Positions 35,371 through 40,362 of a DNA stretch of 40,362 bases are shown here, piece after piece. Origin of the DNA: a virus. Taxonomy: Duplodnaviria > Caudoviricetes. Position 1 is the stretch's first letter; each line of letters starts with the position of its first letter. The stretch covers positions 1-40,362 of the IMG/VR virus record IMGVR_UViG_3300025896_000059. One strand, given 5' to 3'. Under the pieces are notes generated by a model. The model ran no database searches. It was not told where the DNA came from and saw only the letters and a list, made by a program, of their open reading frames with translations. The position numbers and the translations under genes are program-made.

Positions 35371-37401
35371 ATGGTATCAAGAGCACCTGACATTTCAGAC
35401 CGCACGATAATTGATTTATCTGGTCGTCTCTCTACATATTATGACTTAAACGCTAACGCCTTTGATGTTGCTATTGCTGGCTTGCCATTCATTATGGCTG
35501 TTACAGACAACACACCATACAAGCGACAGACTGCAGAGTTCCGTGCTCAGCGTGTAGACCAGATGCGTGACCCAGGTGAGCATACCCTGGCAGGCTCTGG
35601 CTATTGGACACGCTCACAATCTTCTTGGCACTATGGCGAAGGCATTAACTTCACTGAGCCTTTAGAGGGCAACGACATGGAAGTTCGCTTTCGTTACAAA
35701 GATTCCTATGGCATAGATATATGGACTCCAGGACAAATAACATTACTTAAAAAAACTACGCTTGCACAAGCCTTTACTGGTAAATGCAAGGTTGATTCAG
35801 GTGGTTCCGATGCGGGAGTTCCTTTCCTTGTAGGAACTGACATGAGTGTACGCACAACGCAGACAACTGCCATGTACAAGATTACAACCGCTGGTACATC
35901 TACAGCATTAGTTAACTATTCTTCTATTAGCAATGAAACAATCCTTGCTACTACATCAGATGGTACATACATGTATGTGGCTACAACTGCTGGCATCTAT
36001 GATGTTAAATTATCCGATGGTACAACACATAAACATTACGCATATAATGCATTAACAGCAGACCATGTAGCCATTAAATATGTTAAGAGTAGAATTGTTG
36101 CTGGGTTTGGATTTACTGATGGAACTTACTCAGCCTATGAACTTACTTTTAATAGTAAAGGTGCAGGAGCAGCGGTTGATATTAAACCAACAATGAACGC
36201 TGCAAGTGGAACACTTATCAATGGTTCAACTGTTATGCCTGCTTTGTGGGATTGGACTTCTGTAACAGAAGGTTCCAACGCAATCTATTTAGGTGGTTAT
36301 GCTGGCGACCATTCTTCTATTTTTAAATTAACAGTTTCTGACACTGGTGCTTTGGGTACCATTATTACTGCTGCTGTAATGCCAAGAGGCGAGAGAATTC
36401 TGTCTTTATACACATACCTTGGCACATACCTTATGGTTGGAACAAACAAGGGTGCTCGCATTGCAACCTTAGACATGAACGGTGACATGACATACGGACC
36501 ATTGGTATTCCACAATGAGAACGGTGTTTACGACTTTGAAGGTCGTGATTCATACATCTGGGCAACCAACACTAATGGTGTTAACTCTGACTCAGGCACT
36601 ATGCGTATTAATTTAGGTCAACCTATTACTCTTGCAGGTTATGCACAGCCTATATCTACAGGTGTGTATGCACGAGCAACAGATGTTTATGCCGATGCAA
36701 TAACTGGAACAGTACAAGCGGTGCGTATTATTGGTGACAACAATCAAGTTGCATTTGCTGTTAATGGCTCAGGTATATGGCTACAACATGCAACAGATTT
36801 AGTAGATTCAGGTGTAATCCGTAACGGTAAGATTCGTTATGACACCATGGAAAACAAAGCATGGAAGCGTGTGCGTGTGCGTACAGTCAACGACACAGCC
36901 AACGGTGATATTGGTGTCTATAAGATGACAAGTACTACTGATGAAGTTATTACTACAATTCTTGAAGGCAACAGCACCGCTGCTGATATTGATTTAGCAA
37001 ATGCTTATCCATATATTTCACCAGATGCTGCGTTTAAACTGCAGTTGTATCGCAACACAACCAGTGCAACCACTGGTCCAATAGTTGTGGGCTTGGCAGT
37101 TAAGGCTTTGCCTTCACCTACTCGTGCTCGTGTACTACAAATACCTGTCTTTATGTTTGACCGTGAGACAGATAAGACTGGCAACATTATTGGCTACGAA
37201 GGCTATGCCCGTGAGCGTTTGTTTGCACTTGAGTCTGTTGAAAGTATTGGTGCAACTATTGTTATTCAGGACTTCACCGCAGGTGGAGAACCTATTGAGT
37301 GTGTAGTTGAACAGATTACATTTACTCGTGCTACACCATCTGCCCGTAACTACAGGCTTTGTGGTGGCATCTGCCAAATCATTGTTAGAACGGTTGTATA
37401 A
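35371..37401 (+). CDS. putative tail nozzle / beta-propeller tail protein
   Basis: 676 aa, beta-rich, repeated propeller-like blades; SD AAGGAG. Confidence 0.65.
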   Translation: MVSRAPDISDRTIIDLSGRLSTYYDLNANAFDVAIAGLPFIMAVTDNTPYKRQTAEFRAQRVDQMRDPGEHTLAGSGYWTRSQSSWHYGEGINFTEPLEGNDMEVRFRYKDSYGIDIWTPGQITLLKKTTLAQAFTGKCKVDSGGSDAGVPFLVGTDMSVRTTQTTAMYKITTAGTSTALVNYSSISNETILATTSDGTYMYVATTAGIYDVKLSDGTTHKHYAYNALTADHVAIKYVKSRIVAGFGFTDGTYSAYELTFNSKGAGAAVDIKPTMNAASGTLINGSTVMPALWDWTSVTEGSNAIYLGGYAGDHSSIFKLTVSDTGALGTIITAAVMPRGERILSLYTYLGTYLMVGTNKGARIATLDMNGDMTYGPLVFHNENGVYDFEGRDSYIWATNTNGVNSDSGTMRINLGQPITLAGYAQPISTGVYARATDVYADAITGTVQAVRIIGDNNQVAFAVNGSGIWLQHATDLVDSGVIRNGKIRYDTMENKAWKRVRVRTVNDTANGDIGVYKMTSTTDEVITTILEGNSTAADIDLANAYPYISPDAAFKLQLYRNTTSATTGPIVVGLAVKALPSPTRARVLQIPVFMFDRETDKTGNIIGYEGYARERLFALESVESIGATIVIQDFTAGGEPIECVVEQITFTRATPSARNYRLCGGICQIIVRTVV

Positions 37402-37402
37402 A

Positions 37403-37603
37403 ATGTCAACCATGGATTGGACTGCAATAGCAGTTTCTATTATGACTCTTGTTGCTGGATTTACTGCAGCAATCCGTTGGTTAGTTAAACATTATCTTTC
37501 TGAATTAAGACCCAATTCTGGCTCAAGCCTGCGTGATTCCGTTGACAGACTGGAACAAAGGGTTGACCGCATTTATGAAATCTTGTGTGAAAAATCTAAC
37601 TAA
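37403..37603 (+). CDS. membrane protein (TM plus coiled coil), lysis-associated
   Basis: ATG 37403; hydrophobic helix then ELRPNSGSSLRDSVDRLE. Confidence 0.7.
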   Translation: MSTMDWTAIAVSIMTLVAGFTAAIRWLVKHYLSELRPNSGSSLRDSVDRLEQRVDRIYEILCEKSN

Positions 37604-37616
37604 CTGAAAGGTACAA

Positions 37617-39161
37617 GTGAAACTTCCCCGTTTACTTGCAATCTGGTTCCTAGTATTTGGAACTTCTATTTTCTTTTTACCTCAGGCTAACGCTGAGAAC
37701 ACAGGCATAATAACTGTAACTTGTGCTAACGAGGCTGGCGAAGCCAGAACTTTTAATGTTGGCTGGGATACAACAACTCAATTCTTTGAAAACAAGGGCA
37801 ACATTGCTGCATTGTTTTGTTCTATTGGAACACAAGGGCAATGGAAAACTTTTGTATCTACTACTGCACCTGAAAGTACTTGGTATTACAACGGTGTGGC
37901 AACTACACCTGCTCCTGCTCCTTCACCTTCCAGCGAGCCAACTGCAACTCCGAGTCCATCATCCTCACCTGAGCCGAGTCCAACTCCGACTGTAGAACCA
38001 ACTGTCGAGCCTTCTCCTGCACCAACTGTGACTCCAACACCGCAACCTTCTGCAACAAATACTCCTGAGAGTAGTGCATCTCCTACTCCTGTTCCTTCTT
38101 CTTCACCAACAACGGTAGAAAATTTGCCTTCCCCGTTGCCTGAATCCAGCCCGCAACCCACCCCGACAGAAACCCCAACAGTACAACCCACTCCATTGCC
38201 TACTCCAATTCCTGTAGATACCAGTACAGCAACGCCAGTACTGCCAGTGCCACCGCTAACCCCAGAGCCACAGCCTACTCCTGTTCCTGTCGAACCAACA
38301 CCCACACCAGTAGTCCCACCAACAGTGGAACCAACACCAACCCCACAACCTGAGCCAACTCCGCAACCACAACCTACACCTTTGCCTGAACCCGTAGCAG
38401 TTCAACCTGACCCTGTGGACCTACCACCTGATGTAGCCCCACTCCCAGAGCCAAGTCCAGAACCTCAGCCTCAACCTGAGCCAGAACCCCAGCCTGTACC
38501 CGCAGAAGAACCTCCAGTAAATGAACCTGCTCCCGAACCTTTGCCAGTAGAAGAAGCGCCTCCTGCCCCTGCAGAAGAACCTCCTGCCGAGGAAGAACCT
38601 CCTGTTGCAATTCCTGACCCTGAGCCTGTTCCTGTTGAGGAACCACCTGCTCCTGAGCCAGAGGAAGTTCCTGCTCCTCCAACTCCTGAACCTGCCCCTG
38701 AACCTGCACCGCTACCTCCTGTAGATAAACCTGAACCACCTGTGGTGGCAACAGTTAATTCTACACCAGAAGAACGAGCAGCAGTGGCAGAAACGCTGAT
38801 TGAAGCAGCACAAGGTGAGCCAGTTACAGCGCAAGCAATCCAAGAAGCAGGTCTTACTTATGAAGATTTGCCACCGCAAACACCAATTGAAGTTCGTCAA
38901 GATGAGAACGGCAATGAGGTTGTTATCACTGCAGAGGTAGCAGCAGCCCTTGTTGTACTTGAAAACCCTGCTGCACTTATCTCTGCAATTTTCTCTGACC
39001 CAGGCCAAGCGCTACTTGCATTAGCAAGCATCGGTGCTGACATGTCAGAAGAAGAAAGAACAGAGTCAGAAAAAATTATTATCGCATCAGTCATTGCTGG
39101 GCAGGCTGCAGTTAATGCAGCAGGCATGGCAGGAGCAGCAGCCTATAGGAGAAAACCATGA
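37617..39161 (+). CDS. secreted Pro/Thr/Glu-rich protein
   Basis: Signal peptide ending ANA; long PT/PE linker; hydrophobic Ala-rich C-terminus then RRKP. Confidence 0.75.
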   Translation: MKLPRLLAIWFLVFGTSIFFLPQANAENTGIITVTCANEAGEARTFNVGWDTTTQFFENKGNIAALFCSIGTQGQWKTFVSTTAPESTWYYNGVATTPAPAPSPSSEPTATPSPSSSPEPSPTPTVEPTVEPSPAPTVTPTPQPSATNTPESSASPTPVPSSSPTTVENLPSPLPESSPQPTPTETPTVQPTPLPTPIPVDTSTATPVLPVPPLTPEPQPTPVPVEPTPTPVVPPTVEPTPTPQPEPTPQPQPTPLPEPVAVQPDPVDLPPDVAPLPEPSPEPQPQPEPEPQPVPAEEPPVNEPAPEPLPVEEAPPAPAEEPPAEEEPPVAIPDPEPVPVEEPPAPEPEEVPAPPTPEPAPEPAPLPPVDKPEPPVVATVNSTPEERAAVAETLIEAAQGEPVTAQAIQEAGLTYEDLPPQTPIEVRQDENGNEVVITAEVAAALVVLENPAALISAIFSDPGQALLALASIGADMSEEERTESEKIIIASVIAGQAAVNAAGMAGAAAYRRKP

Positions 39162-39328
39162 AGAAAATAATGAAAGATATGGTTGACCAACTATGGACTC
39201 TACTAGGCATGTTTATTGCCTGGGTAGTCCTTGATGGTTCAGCCAAGACAGTAGTTGGTTACGCCATTGCAGGCACACTTGTTGCTTGGGCTGTTACCTA
39301 TCCACTACGCAACTCAAAGGATGATTAA
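39158..39328 (+). CDS. small 2-TM membrane protein, 56 aa (not in ORF track)
   Basis: MKKIMKDMVDQLWTLLGMFIAWVVLDGSAKTVVGYAI...; SD AGGAG. Confidence 0.75.
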   Translation: MKKIMKDMVDQLWTLLGMFIAWVVLDGSAKTVVGYAIAGTLVAWAVTYPLRNSKDD

Positions 39329-39330
39329 CA

Positions 39331-39573
39331 ATGGCAACATTTAAAAATGTAATCATGCGAATCTTTGCAGTCATTGCAGCAGAAGCACTAGGAGTTATTG
39401 GTGCTGGTTCATTGGTTGGCATTGAAGTATGGCAAGCAGCAGTACTAGCAGGTGCACTTGGTTGTGCCCGTGTACTAGAAGCACTAGCCCGATTCTTCCT
39501 CAACGATGGCAGCCTAACGGCTGACGAAATCAATGCAGCCTTTGCAAAGGTTGACAAGAAAGCGAGTGAATAA
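39331..39573 (+). CDS. holin-like membrane protein
   Basis: Two hydrophobic segments; directly upstream of the endolysin. Confidence 0.65.
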   Translation: MATFKNVIMRIFAVIAAEALGVIGAGSLVGIEVWQAAVLAGALGCARVLEALARFFLNDGSLTADEINAAFAKVDKKASE

Positions 39574-40082
39574 TGGGTCAACGCCTTGATTTTATTGCAA
39601 TAGCCAAGTCACAACTTGGTGTAATTGAAGGACCTAAAGACAACGAGACTAAGTACGGTGCCTTTACTAAGGCTAACTTCTTACCTTGGTGTGGTTCATT
39701 TGTTATGTGGTGTGCTAATGAAGTGGGTTTAAAGATTCCTTCATGTGTATCAACAGTTGCAGGTGCCACAGCATTTATGAAGAAGGGTCAGTGGGAGAAA
39801 GCAGAAGAAGCAATCCCACTACCAGGAGACATAGTGTTCTTTGACTTCCCTAACGATGGCGTGGATAGAATTTCACACATTGGTATTGTGGTCAAGGACA
39901 ACGGCGATGGCACTGTCACCTGCTACGAGGGCAACACAGCCCCCGATAAGAAGGGTGACCAGCGCAACGGCGGTCAAGTGTGCGAGAAAGTTCGTGCATA
40001 CAAGAAGAAGAACGGAAGCAAGTTCCGTAAATCACAGGCAGTAACAGTGGTTGGCTTCGGCAAGCCAGTGTTTAAGTCATAA
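39573..40082 (+). CDS. CHAP-domain endolysin
   Basis: PWCGSFV (Cys), PGDIVFF, SHIGIV (His), EGNT. Confidence 0.9.
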   Translation: MGQRLDFIAIAKSQLGVIEGPKDNETKYGAFTKANFLPWCGSFVMWCANEVGLKIPSCVSTVAGATAFMKKGQWEKAEEAIPLPGDIVFFDFPNDGVDRISHIGIVVKDNGDGTVTCYEGNTAPDKKGDQRNGGQVCEKVRAYKKKNGSKFRKSQAVTVVGFGKPVFKS

Positions 40083-40090
40083 GGAGAAAC

Positions 40091-40282
40091 ATGTTTGATG
40101 TAGAAAAGATGAAACAAATCGGTCTGTCTTATGTTCGCGCAGCAGCAGCATCTGCTATTGCACTGTACACAGCAGGCGTTCACGACCCAAAGACATTGGC
40201 TACAGCCTTTGTTACTGGTCTAGTTGGTCCAGTGCTTAAGGCGCTAGACAAGTCAGCACCAGAGTTCGGTCTTAAGAAGTAA
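40091..40282 (+). CDS. holin-like protein
   Basis: 63 aa, two hydrophobic segments, SD AAGGAG. Confidence 0.7.
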   Translation: MFDVEKMKQIGLSYVRAAAASAIALYTAGVHDPKTLATAFVTGLVGPVLKALDKSAPEFGLKK

Positions 40283-40296
40283 CCTTTAGTAACATT

Positions 40297-40329
40297 AAAG
40301 CCCCTCGCTTAATTGCGGGGGGCTTTTTT
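40297..40329. terminator. intrinsic terminator, probably bidirectional
   Basis: AAAGCCCCTCGC-TTAATT-GCGGGGGGCTTTTTT. Confidence 0.85.
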
Positions 40330-40362
40330 GCTTTCCCAATCTTTATTTTCTTGTGTCTTAAG

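Overview
Near-complete ~40.4 kb genome of an apparently lytic tailed phage. The host is actinobacterial (WhiB, SLT, cluster-A-like replication genes; freshwater Actinobacteria is my inference). Podovirus-like morphology is inferred from the absence of a tape measure gene and the presence of large internal virion proteins. Layout: small leftward genes (1-797, with an HNH gene cut by the window edge); rightward replication/recombination operon (885-7099); leftward early region (7215-11740); ~660 bp noncoding divergence region; rightward terminase, portal, ejection proteins, capsid, tail and lysis arm (12401-40282). I saw no integrase, DNA polymerase, RNA polymerase, tRNA or CRISPR. The most unusual content is noncoding regulatory structure in the early region: (1) six genes share the ribosome-binding 9-mer GACAGGAGA, and the terminator ending the same leftward transcript shows its exact complement in the loop (candidate antisense feedback RNA); (2) about 22 copies of TTAAGAC in 4.2 kb; (3) perfect CRP-type TGTGA-N6-TCACA boxes; (4) two tRNA-like mini-structures. 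The late arm has two covarying H-type pseudoknots and a 2144-aa virion protein carrying an R-S-E ADP-ribosyltransferase domain. All counts and folds were made by eye.
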